Shown: one piece after another, positions 37,486 to 49,835 of the stretch
Position numbering within the stretch: position 1 is the stretch's first letter
Layout: every line of letters begins with the position of its first letter
NCBI RefSeq assembly: GCF_036321535.1
Contig: NC_087436.1
Location: 107,696,001-107,760,000 of the forward strand
Length of the DNA: 64,000 nucleotides
Direction: 5' to 3'
Source of the DNA: Camelus dromedarius
Taxonomy: Eukaryota
The notes under the pieces: generated by a model
Told to the model about the DNA's origin: nothing
The model's database searches: none
What the model saw: the letters and a program-made list of their open reading frames with translations, nothing else
Position numbers and translations under genes: made by a program

Positions 37486-37893
37486 CTAAAATTTTTCACA
37501 GATAAGAGAAGGACTGTGTATCACAGTGGTTTATAAAGCTTGAGTGATGGACTCAAGGTCTTGAGTCAGAAGATGCCAAATGTTACAGACCAAGGTCTAA
37601 GGTCTGTGTGACTCAAAAGTCCAGTCTTTATTCTTTCTTTTTTCCTCAGTAGGCCACAGTTCTCTTTCTTAGGGTTTGTTTTTACAGTAATGGAGGGTGT
37701 ATTTGCTGTCTTGGTCTATAGTGAGTTCTTGAGTGGGGGTTTTCCTGCAGAATGTAACGTTAGAGCATTTGTTTGATTCCTGCTCTTAGCACGCTTTCTC
37801 TACAGTAAAATAAGATTTGAGGAGACAAGACATGACGTAGTACGTTTAAGACGAGAAAAGAATTGCAGAAATTTATGGACACAAAGGCTTTAG

Positions 37894-38063
37894 TGAGCAC
37901 AGGGAACTATATTCAATATCTTGCAACTTACGGTGGAAAAGAATATGAAAACGAATATATGTATGTCCATGCATGACTGAAGCGTTATACTGTACACCAG
38001 AAATTAACACAATTTTGTAAACTGACTGTACTTCAATAAAAATGTATGTATACAAAAAAAAAA
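37894..38063 (+). mobile_element. Short camelid-type L1 3' end
   Basis: 'gcacagggaactatattcaatatcttg...gtacaccagaaattaacaca...caataaaaa' plus A tail; approximate TSD aaaggcttt/aaagggcttt. Confidence 0.85.
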
Positions 38064-38264
38064 GGGCTTTGATCAGATTAAAATGAGTTGTGTGGTGTAA
38101 GAAATACCAAATCTGTATTTGGCATGAGGTAAATGTGAAAAGGAAACGCTCAGTGATCTGAGTTCTGGTGAAGCGCAGAGCCACACGAGGCCTCGTAGTC
38201 CCTTCTTGTCTGTCCTGAGTCATCTCCAGAGCTTGATGATAGGTAAAGTGATAAACTGGAAAGA

Positions 38265-38470
38265 GCAGAGCTTTAGAGATAGAAAGGCTTCCACTGAGTC
38301 AGGACCAGCCCTGCCTAGCTCCCTGTGTCGTTTGCTTAATCTCTCTGAACTTCAGTTTCCGTGTTTGTCACACAGGCACGACAATACCTACCTTGTGGGG
38401 CTGTTGTGAAGATGAAATGTGAGACTGTGTAGAAAACTTCGTATCTAGCGCATGGTGGGCACTCACTGAA
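38265..38470 (+). mobile_element. MIR SINE
   Basis: 'ttgcttaatctctctgaacttcagtttcc...aatacctaccttgtggggctgttgtgaagatgaaatg'. Confidence 0.8.
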
Positions 38471-41400
38471 AAAGTGAGATCCTTATGTCCAACTTAGAGA
38501 CACTATAAATTTCAACTAGAGGAAATATATATTAAGGCAAAGATCGAGGGAAAGAGTGGAAGAAATGGTGGGAAAACATTTGACTCTTCCAAACGTGGCT
38601 ATCCTTTGTGTAGTTGCACCTGTATGTATCTGGTCCTTGAAAGGCCCAGAATCTTAAAATGTCAGGGGTCTGAAAAATCCATCAGTAGGTTTCTCTTGGC
38701 TCTTGCAGGCTTTTAGGAAAGGGCGTTTTAGGAGGAAAGGATGGTGAGGAAACTGGGAGCAGGGAGATGAACCCACATCAAACTGAATTTCACCTGCATT
38801 ACCATTTGCTAAGACCAGCTCTGCTCCAAAAATCCCGTAGTGAAACACGTTGGAACCTGGAGGGTTGCTAAACTTGAATGTGCGCTACTTTTGATTTCAC
38901 TTTGAGAGAAGGCCAATCAGGGAAAATGAGTCAGAAAAAGTTACTGCTCTGAGGGGTCTGAGCCAAGGCTTTCTTTTTGTTATTACATACATTTCCCCTC
39001 TCACAATCATTTCCAAAGAGGAATTTTACATTCAAATGGTTTTCTTTCTCCTGCTCTCCTTGGAACAACGATATATGAAATCATTCCGGGAGCGAGGGCC
39101 CCTTCTGTGAGATTAACCTGACGTGTGACAGAAAGAAATGGAAGATAAGAGAATGACATAAAACTCCCCCATTTCTGGAAATGAGCTACGTTTTAAACTG
39201 CACTTAGGGATGGGTGTCTAGGACCTTCTGAGTGCACTGCCCAAGCAGTGACTCACTCAGCTTAGCGTGGACACCTGGGAATTTCAGTTCAGATATCATT
39301 ATGACAAAGTGTAATTTTCCTGGGCTGTGGTGTTCTCTCTGACTCAGCTGACACAAAACCTAGCACATTTCCCCCACTTGGGTTGTGACTAACATACACA
39401 CTAAATTGAAAGAGTTATTATGCTCTTCCTGCAAAGAAGCCACCAAGGTTCTTATCATTATATAAAGGGCACGTTTGGCAGGAGACATTTACCAAAACAA
39501 ACAAAAGCCCACTCGTACACCTTCAAGTAGAAATACTTCAGTGCTGCATATGTAATTCCTCGGAAGTAACATAATCTATTAATTCTTTAGATTCCTTATC
39601 ATGTACTTACTCTCTGTGAGGGAGTTTGGAACTCCTATCAGAACAGTTGAAAATTTGATCATTTGAATGGAGACTAATAAAGTTCTCTATAAAATGGAAG
39701 AGCATGGCCGGAGAGCTTTATTGTGCTAATGGTGCTGAATTTAAGAAGTAGGTTTGTGTGGTTTCCTACCCATGAGCATGTATTATGATGGGATAATATT
39801 TTTCAGATTTTTAAAGCTGTGCCTAGTGTGTCAAGAGATTTAAAAAAAAGCCAGTTGAAAGCAAAGGATTCATAGTTTTGAAAATGAACCAGTTAAATAA
39901 ATTCAAACCCGTTTTCAGCTAGTCGTTAGCCAAAGTAAGAAGACTCTAAATTAATTGAGCCATTCATTGGGATATTCATAACCGTTGTAGAGATAAGCAA
40001 AAATATTTAAGTATTTGATCTGATAATATTTTACTGAATCATTTATTTTTGATAATTTCTCTTTTCCCAAAGCCTAGCATAGTGGGCTACATAGGAGGTA
40101 CTGAATAACTAAAGAGTGGATGGATGAAAAAAGGAGAGAAAATATATTATTTTGAAAAGGAGGCAGTGATACGAGTCTCTTGATCTTGAAGGAAGGCAAA
40201 ATCCCTGTTAGGCAAGACAACATTTCTTTTGTTAGAACACATACCATAAGGGTGATTTTTGATAATGTCCCTCCCCTTGTGTGTGTTCTGAAAGTTACGC
40301 TCTGCAAAACCAAGTCTCAGGAAATTTGTTATTACTCACAACAGCTCTATTGTAGGTTGTGGGGGTGTAGAATAAGGGCTTGGAAAGAGTGAAGGAGAGG
40401 AGAGAGACCGAATCAGGAGAGGAGCTTGAGAAGTTTTGGCAGGAAGCAGGATTCTATAGATGGCCATGACCCACAATTTTTTTTTTCTCCATGTTGGGAA
40501 TGGATTGGAAATTTTAGGGAAGTAAAGTCTAGAATTCAAACTTATATTTGCTGTCACTGTGTCTTGCTTTAAGCTCTTCGTGTTACCCCAAACTTAATCA
40601 AAAGTTTGCTACACTCAGGTGTACTGGAATAGTGCTTATTTTAGGAAACTGAAGGAATCTATGTTTTCCAGTGTAGGGCAAAGTGGTAGGATAATGGTGG
40701 AAATAAAAAGGATGGGAGTTGCAGAGGAGGTGGTACAAGGTAGAGGTTCAGAAACCACTGGAAACGGGACATTTGAGCAATAGGAACCCAGAGGAACCTA
40801 AATATACTTTGAGCCTTGGAGATTTAGGACAAGAGTAGCCTGGGGGATGGAGGAGGTGCTGGCTTTTCTTCTAGCCGTGGACATGCACCCATGTCAGTTC
40901 GTTTGTCTCTATCAGCTGCTTGTAATCATCCCTTCCCAGGAAGATCTAATGAAAAGTACCTCGATCAGTACAGTTAATCACTGCCAAGGATTCCAGCCTT
41001 CTGGCAGCAAAGTGTATTTTCATTTGATTTCCATTTAATTAACTAGTAGCTGATGAATATATTTTGCCTAGAAGTAGGAGTTCTGAATGTCCTGATGATC
41101 TGATTAATTTTGGCTAAGGCTTGCCTTCTATATTATTAAAATATATGGTTATTAACTAACTTCTAAATTCTAACACTGAGAGTTTATTACCTGAGGATCT
41201 ACTTAACAAATCCTGTTTCTTTTGGTCACTGCTTTATGCTGAAAGTGTTCAGGTGCTTAAATGTACCTCAGGCGTGTGTCTAGTTCCTAGAAAAAAGCTG
41301 AGAAAGAGTATTTTATATAAACTACTTATCCCTGGCTGAAGTTTGAGAAAGATGACAGAGGTGGGGTTTTTGTGTATATTGTGTGTATGTGTGTGTGTGT

Positions 41401-43096
41401 GCATGTAGGATCTATTAAGCTTTTCAGTTTTCTTCTAAATGTTAAGTGTTCAAGGTGGTAGGCAGGCTGTTCAGTGGTAGGAACCATGAATGCAGGTTTC
41501 CTTCTTCTGTTTCCCATTGAATCTAGCACAGAGTACGTGCTCCATAAATGTCTGCTGAGTTAAATAAAAGAGAGTGTGTGTGATCACTGTTTCTTTTGTT
41601 GTAGGGAAATCTGCACAGAATGTTGCTTATCTACCATAATAACTTGAGCCTGGTATTTAGGCTGACATTTCTTGATAACCATGAATTCTATAGGAGACAC
41701 TTACTCAGTTGACTACCTCGTCAATCTTCTTCTACAGAGAATAATGGTTGAAGCATGATGGTTTAGCCAGCAGGCAGCTCTTGAGAGCACAAGAGAATAG
41801 ACAGGTCCTCATTTTTCTAGATTTCTTCCTCTCCCTTGATTCTAAACTGATCTTCATGCTGATTCGTCCTTCCAGTGGAAGGAAGAACTTAAAACCGGAG
41901 TTTGACCACCATTAAAAAGTTTTCTTCTACCATTATATCAGATTAGGGGCATTCTTTATAGAGTTTTAAGTAATTTAGCTCTAATTAGGGGTAGCATATT
42001 CAATTGGAATGGAGTTCAAATTGCTGTTCTCAACTCTAGTGGGTAAAGCTATGATGCTCTGAGGATGTAAGACTTGGTAATAAGCTTCTTGCCTTGGAAC
42101 CACAAAGCAGTTTCTAAAAGCAGGTGGGAGGGGCAGGTGTGGGTTTATGTCTCAAAAAAATGGAAAATCGGATTTTAAAAACTATATTCTTTACACATTT
42201 TGAAGACAGAAACCGTGATTGGTCAGATTGCCATAAGCAAATTTCCCCAGTAATATCTTATTGAGTTTGCAATGTAGTGTTCATCACGGGCACTTATAAT
42301 TGCAGATTTTGTACTACATTATCAACTCTGTACATGAGGGCACTAGTGAGATAATGGAAAGCAGACTCTGTAAATGAATGTTGGATGTTAATAAGAATTC
42401 CCACTCATATTTTATTCAATTGTTGAACATCAAACTGTGTTATTAAGAGGCTCATATAAGAGTACATATGGGGAACAGGGGAGAAGTAAGATAACACTGA
42501 AACTTATCAAGCAGGAGGAACTAAGAAGGAATTAAGACCCTTTGTAGTTAAATCTTTTTAATTTCTTAAAATTTTAGAGGCAATGATATGACAAATGTAA
42601 TATTCACAATTTTTTTTTTTTCCTGGAGGAAAGATTGATAGTGGTGTGGTTACTTTTGTATCAGATGGCAGGCCGGGCTATTGTAGCTCTTTAGCTATTT
42701 GCCAGGTCATTGTTGTAATTACAGCAGCTCCTTTCTGTGCCCCCAAATACCATCACCATATAATACGAAAACAAAAGAAAAGAATAATGCCAAAAATGCC
42801 TAGGGGAAAAAAATCCAAGTTAATTGATTTTTCTACTTCCAAAGGAGTTGCCTGGACTAGAAATGAATCCAGAATCTCTTAAGAATCAGTCGAGCGATTC
42901 AGAGGTTAAAAAAAAAAATTGGGGACATTTTTAGAATTTAAATTTTTAATTTCTGACTAATTAATTACCATCCCCATAAAAGAGAGACCTACACAAAGAA
43001 CTATGTCTTTTTCCCTTTAGCTAAAGGTTTTTAGAGTGAAAATATTCCAACTGGTACAGAAAATTGTATCTTTGTGTCTGTGTTTGTATACACAGG

Positions 43097-43174
43097 TATA
43101 TGTATGTGTATGTGTGTGTGTATATATATATGTGTATATATGTGTGTGTGTGTATATATATTTATGTGTGTGTG

Positions 43175-43264
<90 letters not shown>

Positions 43265-43272
43265 TATATACA
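43097..43272. repeat. Compound (TG)n/(TA)n microsatellite
   Basis: Alternating purine-pyrimidine tract with long TG and TA runs; explains the five low-complexity ORFs here. Confidence 0.97.
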
Positions 43273-43593
43273 TTTTTCTTCAGTATTTTATCTCTTCTTT
43301 CTGTAGACTGAAGATTCCCAGTGGCATTTGCCCTCATGAAATTGCTTTATCTTCACAGCCTAGAAAGCACCTAGGTGATCTCACCTCTGCAGGTCAGAGA
43401 ATTGATAACTAAATGGTTAGGGATCCTCTGAGCATCTCAGAGGGCAGGTCCCTAGAGGCACGGATCCAGTGGAGATCCTCCCATGACCACGTGCACTTTT
43501 CTAAACAAAGTATTTGTCATTGAAACCAGTTTATAAACACTTACCAGCATATTCTGGTAAAGGAAATAATGTAATATATAATAAAATACTAAT

Positions 43594-43965
43594 TTAAAGC
43601 AAGAAAGAAGGGATATTCAGCTTAGCAGTATGTCCAAACTCCTTTCTGCTATTCAGTTTCTTTTTTAAGTAAAGCCTGAAAAACATCTTCCCCGTCTTCA
43701 TATCTTCTGAGTCAGACACACACTGTGATTTAAAGAGCCCCGGCAGGTGCTTGGAGCTTTGGTCACACACGGCCTTGAGCACTTTCTCTGGCTCTTTGAG
43801 TCTTGGGAACATGGTTTGTTCCAGGCTTTCAGTAATTCTGCTGACGTCTTCGCAAAATCTGTCTGTCTGTTCCTGCAGGTGCTGGATTTCATTAAGTGCT
43901 GACTCTGCCATCTTGGTCATAGGACTTCCCTTGCACTGTCTTCCTGTCAGTCCCCTTTTGATCAT
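43594..43965 (-). other. Unassigned 123-aa ORF (possible hAT transposase relic or chance ORF)
   Basis: Longest ORF outside recognisable repeats; protein-like composition; weak resemblance of SALNEIQHLQ...MFPRL...KHL to Charlie transposase LNELNxxLQG...MFPxL...xHL. Confidence 0.25.
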
Positions 43966-46519
43966 GCTTTACTCAAAATCAGAACAGAGATGGGAAAACC
44001 AATGAGGAATCGCCTCGTCTCTAAGTGAGCCTGGCTTAAGCTCCTACCTTTCTCCACGTGACCTAGTGACTCAGATATTGTGTCTGATTCTGCATTCTTG
44101 TCTCTGGCTCCTCATCTTATTCCCACAGGCCACCCTCAGGCATTGTATATTGAGAAGCATTTCTACATCCTGGGTTGGGTTTCCTCACTCCTCCAGGAAG
44201 CCATCATAGTCCTCCCCACCCCAGCCTCTGATCTAGGTTAGGGCGCCTAGACTTTTTGATCCCATCACCCAGTGTTCTAACTATTCATGCTATAAAGAAA
44301 TTGCCTGTTTTATAGTCTATCATCCCTAAAAGGCAGGGTTTTTTTTAAGAGCAAGAACTATGTCATGTTTTATTATATCCTCAGCTCTTAGAATGCTTCC
44401 AGCATCTAGAAAGCCCTCAGCTGAACTCAGTTTCACTAAATCTGGCCTTCCCAAACATCTCTGACGTTTAACAAGATGCCCTAGCTTTTTACTAAAAGGA
44501 GCATCGCCTTATTTTTTTTAATGAGCACTTTGAATTTATGGTATATAAGCAGCCAATTACTCACACAAATAAATAAGACAGTTGTTGCAGAATTACAAGG
44601 CAGTGGTTTCTCTGTTTTTGACTGGCAACAATCAGTTCTAAGAGTAGGTAGAAGAGAGGTTGGGCTGACCTCCTGAGGACGCACCAAAGTGAGGCTCTGA
44701 GGAAGGTGAGGGGACCAAGCCAACACTCCTCTCTCTTTCCAAGTGCCCTGGTTCTGTGGTCTTGCATGTAGACTAGACTTTTTTAAGAGGCAGATTTCGA
44801 AAGGAGCACAGAAAGCAAATCAGTAAGGAGGAGGGAGCCAAGGAATCAGCTTTCTAACTGAGTGAAAGAAAATGCCCTGAAAGTACTGTGCTACTTGTTA
44901 CAGCAGCCGTAGGGACACCCATCAGGTGGGCTGTGACATCTACAAGAAACAGGAAGAACTGACTTCTTTTCAAAGCTGGTAGTATCATCATTCTTGGCTG
45001 GACAACTCTCTGCTTGAGCTCCGCATTTGTCTTTGCCTGTGACTTCTCTACTGAGATGAAAACAGCTTCGAGAAACGTAGAGGAATCCTGAGTTCTGGAG
45101 CTATTGCCTAGAACTACTGAGGCTGGAGGCTTCTGAGATGCTTTTATTTGGAGACTAAAAGTCATTACTCAAGCCTCATTATGTCGATGCCTGTAACTCA
45201 GTGGTCCCTTCCCAGACCTCTTTGAATGTCACCAAAATTGATCATCCACAGACTGTCGATATGGATGGCATGGTGTAAAATGCTATGCTCACCCTTTGAA
45301 TGCTATTGTGGCAGTAACAGTAATTAATAATAATAATAATGTTTAGCACCTACTATGGGCCAGCTCAGTAATATGTGCTTTTATATATCCTAGTTAATCC
45401 TCATGACAGCCTTTTTGGCTATGCATATTTATCCATCTGTTTTATAAAAATTGAGCAATTTACTAAGACTGGGTCATCATTCATCTCACTCTACAATTTG
45501 TGTTCTTACTCATTCACCAGGCTGTAGGCTTATGACATTTCTTCCCAACTGGAAAATGGGCACAATTCTAGAATGGTTCTGCTACTAAATAATCAGACAG
45601 TCTTAGAATAGTTTTTCCTCATATCTCATTACCTTGTAATAGTTTCTCTGAGACATTGTTTAAATCATGTCCCTTCTAGCTTTTTTTTTTTATTTAAATT
45701 TTAGAGACATGAGTTTGTTGACAAAGAAGCCAAGCAAAAAACAAGAATGCAAAAATACTTTGAAGGCAACCACAAAACATTTAGTCTTTGGTTGTATGTA
45801 AGAGAATCACTTTGCAGCCCTCCACAGTTTACAAGTGTGTTAAATACATGTCCCATTGCATAGTCTGGTGGTCCTGTGGACAGACCAGATATGCAATACT
45901 AGTCTCATCCTAGAGATGAATAAAGTTAAGTTCAAAGATTATTTATCAGAAGTAGTAAATCCATATTTTCAAAAATACATATTAAATGCTTACAAACAAA
46001 ATCTCTGCTCTTGTGAACTTTTCATGCAAGTGAATGGAGAGAGTAAGGAAACAAACAGATGGGACAGAGTATGATGCTGATGACAAAAATGGGTCAGAGA
46101 GGGGTGCTATTCTGAGCTGAAATCTGAAAGCTCAGAAGGAGCCTGCTCTGTGAAATCTTGGGGAATGGTGATGACAGCAGAAGACAGCGCAAGTTCAAAG
46201 ACCCTGAGCCCAAACTAGCACTGGGAAGTCTGAGAACTAAAGGCATGATGGGAGTTTGGTATTTGGGAAGAAAAGTGATAGGAATTGCTATCAAAACAGC
46301 AAGGCAGTACTTGATCCTAAAATTTTTCAGAGGACAAACATTTCATTCTACATGCATTAGGACCATGAGAAGATTTTATAGGATTAATAGAATAAGAAAA
46401 ATTCTGTTTCTCCCAAAGATATCTTAAGCACATCTAGACTAGGTACCTGAATCCAACAGAAACCAAAGCTTTTATTTCTGTCCAGCAAGTCTGCTTTGTC
46501 CACTAAGGACATTTGGGTG

Positions 46520-46820
46520 CAAAGCTCATTAGACTCCAGCTGCCCTGACCCTGTTTCCATTTCTCAAATGTACCAAGTTCATTCTCGACTCAGGGCTTTT
46601 GAATAAGCCCTAACAAAATGCCTGAAATACAGTTCCTTTCCTTCTGGCCGACCTCCTGTTCACTTATTAGGTCTCTGCTTGAATGTTACCTCTGCAGGGA
46701 AGACTTTTTGATCCCTGGACTAGTCTAACTCCTCTGTAGTCATCATAGAGTTGTGATTTACACAACGTGTAGTTACCTGTTCAATGTCTGTCTCTTTCAC
46801 TAAACTGTAAGCTCCCAGGG
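46520..46820 (+). mobile_element. LINE-2 3' fragment
   Basis: 'actcagggcttttgaa...aggtctctgcttgaatgttacctct...tgtctgtctctttcactaaactgtaagctcc'. Confidence 0.75.
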
Positions 46821-46869
46821 ATGCTTTCTCTGATATGTCACCTTAGTTCGGCTGTCATCCTCAGTTACT

Positions 46870-47175
46870 TCACTGAACATGCATCTGGGTGTTGCCCTGG
46901 AGGTGCTTTGTGGATGTGGTTCACATCTATAGTCAGCTGAATTGAAGTAAAGGAGTTAAGTCTCAATAATGTGAGTGCTCCTCATTCAATCACTTGAAAG
47001 ACTTTAAGAGCGAACTTGAGATTTCCCTGAGGGAGAAATATTACCTAGGAATGGAATATGAGCTCCTAGTTCCAGCTTCCCACCCAAAGAGTTTCCAGTC
47101 TGCCAGCCTGCCCTGTGGTTTTTGATCCTGCCTGCCCACATAAACCGCATGAACCAGTTCCTTAAAATCTTGTTC
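46870..47175 (+). mobile_element. ERVL LTR fragment (MLT2D-like)
   Basis: 'ctgggtgttgccctggaggtg...aagtaaaggag...caataatgtgagtg...ttccctgagggaga...gagtttccagtctgccagcctgccct...ccagttccttaaaatc'. Confidence 0.8.
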
Positions 47176-48934
47176 TGAGAGAGGGAGGGAGAATGGGAGG
47201 GAAGGAGAGAATGAGAGAGATTTCAATTTAAATGCGGGAAAGAAGCATATGGAGCCTCTGTGTGATCCAAACCCAAACTTTCATATGAGTTTCAATCAAA
47301 AACAGAAGTCCTTGGCATTTCAAGGTCACGCATGTCTTCAATTTACACACACACACAAAAAGACCCCCTCTTGCAAAAATATGCCAGCTCAAAGGAATGG
47401 CAGGCCTGAAATGGGGCCAGGCTCTGTCCACTTCTCTTTTAATGCCTTTTTCCTACATTCCCTCTTTTTAGATTTAATTTAGTTACTCATACTACAAAGT
47501 TGTGTAGCATTTTCTTATTAGGCGAGGAGTATCTGCTTACAGTTACTGGCACTGTCCAAAAGGCCTTTGAGATGAACGTATGCCCAAAGCACACTTAGTA
47601 GTTTTGCAGGAGTCAGAAGCCATTCATTAGAAAGAAAAATTAAGCTCTGAGGAGAGTACTGGGCCATGGCTTATCAATCATGAGAATTGATGCTATTATT
47701 CTCAAGCTGTTTGCAGAAATGGAGGGAAAGTTATTTGAACACAAATGAAAAATTTAAATTATTTAACAGGTTTTTCAGTTTGACTCTGGGAGGGCCAGAG
47801 TTTTTTGACAATGCCCCAGAAGGAAGAACAGCTCCAGCACTGAGAGTCTAGGCTGTGTGAAATGATGAATCCACAATTACTTGGGCTGTCACCATCCACC
47901 CATGCTGCTGAAAATCATTTAGCCAAAATAAGAATTAGGATAATGTATGGTTTTGTTTTTACAACCAGGACAAGGAAAGAATTGATCAAGTAGCAGTCTA
48001 TCAGTCTTGCTCAAGGGCTTGCTGGTTTTTTTTCCCCCTTTAAATTAAAATGAAAATCGTGGAGAATATTGATTGAAAAATCTTCCAAATTCTGTTTAAT
48101 TCCCAACTCCATCTCCACAGCTGTGATCACTTTTAAAGGTGAAGTTGATTGCTTACTAGCTGTTTTCTTGAGGCTGTTTAATTTTTGACTTCCCCTCATT
48201 ACCCCTGCCTGACTTCCAGGTAAACTGTGTTGTTTCTACTGTTTGTGCCAGTCCCGCTTGGGCCTTGGAAATAGGCCAGTGTTTATTGAATACCCTTGGT
48301 GTCCCTACCATAGGGAATCCATTACAGGGCACACGGAAGAGACAAATAGTCCCTGCCTTCGTGAACTTGCACTTGAAGGGGGTAGACATGTCTGTATTTA
48401 AAAATTAAAATCACAAAAGGAGAAATGACTGCAGAGTCTGAAGATTTGGGTCCCAGGCTTGACTTTTTCTCTAAGTAGCTGCATAGTCTTGGGGAGGCTA
48501 CTGCACCTCTCCGGGCCTCGGGTTACATCATTTCTATAACTCCTAGGTTGGTATGATATCTTCTGAGGGCAACTGTTAGAAGAGCCAGTGCAGGAAGACA
48601 CGGGAGCAGTCAAGGTCATGTTGCTTGGAAACAGCTGGCTGAACACAAGTAGGTAAATGTTTCTTGAGCATCTACTGTGTGGAAAGTACTGTGTGTTTCA
48701 CTGAGGCAGTTTCAGGACATGTAGAAAACATACCATTCATGTCCTAAAGGGACCACAGGATAGCGCTAAGGACGAATAACAGCCTGGGAGCCAGTACTCA
48801 GGGTCTGACCTCTGGACTGTAACTGTTTTTGAATCTCTACTTTGCCCCTAACTGGCTGTAAGTGGATAATATAGTTAATTATCCTTTTAGGATAGTGTGA
48901 GAGAGTTCCTACTTCATATGCTTATTGAAATGAT

Positions 48935-49835
48935 TCAATCGTTTAATTTATTCAGTGAAAAAATATTTGTTGCATGCCGACTGTGTGCTAAGGACTGTAG
49001 TAGATGCTTGGTATATATTGGTGAACAAAATACACCAAGATATATGCCCTCCCATAGCTCAGTTCCCAGGGGAAGAAGATTGAAAATAAATAATCACTGT
49101 AATGAGGAAATGAATTATGGAATGCATGATACATTGATGAATGATACGGGAGGATGGAGGACACGAGAAAAGGAGAGCAGGGCAGAGGGAATTTGGGACT
49201 AGGGAGTGGGGAATGGGCTACACTTTTAAATATGGTAGTCAGGGCAGGCTTCACAGACAAAGTTCCACTTGAGCAAAGGAGGTGAGGAAGACTGCCAGTG
49301 TATATTTTGGAAAGAGCAGTTCAGGAACCAAAAACAACCAATACAAAGCCCTGAGGCAGGAGCAGGCCTGGCATGATGCAGAAAGAGCAAGAAGGCCAGT
49401 GTGACTGGGGCAGCAGAGTGACGAAAAGAGTCTTAGGAAATGAGATCAGGTAGGGAACGAATGGGAAAGATTGGATTGTAGAAAAGTCTTTCAGCCGCAG
49501 TAGGGATTTGGGCTTTCTTCTGAGGGTTGGCGTGTGGGACACTGTAGAGTTTCAGTGAGGAGTGACATCATCTGACTTAAGGGTGAAGTACAGCAGTAAA
49601 AGTCGGGAGAAGCAGGAGCCAGGGTGAGAGGGAGATGGATTAGGGGGCTGTCACCGTCCTTCAGTCCAGGGAACATGGTGTTAGAGCTGGGATGGTAGTA
49701 GAGCAGGTGGTGGAAAGGGGTGGGAATCTGGATTTATTTTAACAAAAGAGTCAACAAGATTTCCTGATGGCTCATCAGTGGAGTGTTAGAGAAAAACACA
49801 AGTTAAGGACAATCCATAGCTTTTATCCTGAGTAA
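48935..49835 (-). mobile_element. LINE-2 (L2a-like) 3' 0.9 kb, apparently inside a MIR
   Basis: 'ttattcagtgaaaaaatatttgttgcatgcc...caaagccctgaggcaggagcaggcctggcatg...gagtgacatcatctgactta'; MIR-like sequence at about 48760-48905 and 49840-49915. Confidence 0.8.

Larger units (their letters stand above)
37562..39570. promoter_or_regulatory. Candidate AP-1-rich inducible enhancer/promoter
   Basis: TGASTCA at 37562, 37609, 38216, 38295, 38927, 39249, 39340; GGCCAATCAG 38911; GGGAATTTCA 39277; TGACTCAGC 39340; TATATAAAG 39459; CGGAAGT 39561. Motif evidence only. Confidence 0.45.

Noticed and set aside
43017..43412. Five overlapping ORFs rich in Y/I/V/C/H/T
   Set aside because: Translation of a (TG)n/(TA)n microsatellite.
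44854..45165. 103-aa ORF with FLVDVTAHL, reminiscent of hAT FLVDxTxHL
   Set aside because: Single short motif with no collinear neighbours; likely chance.
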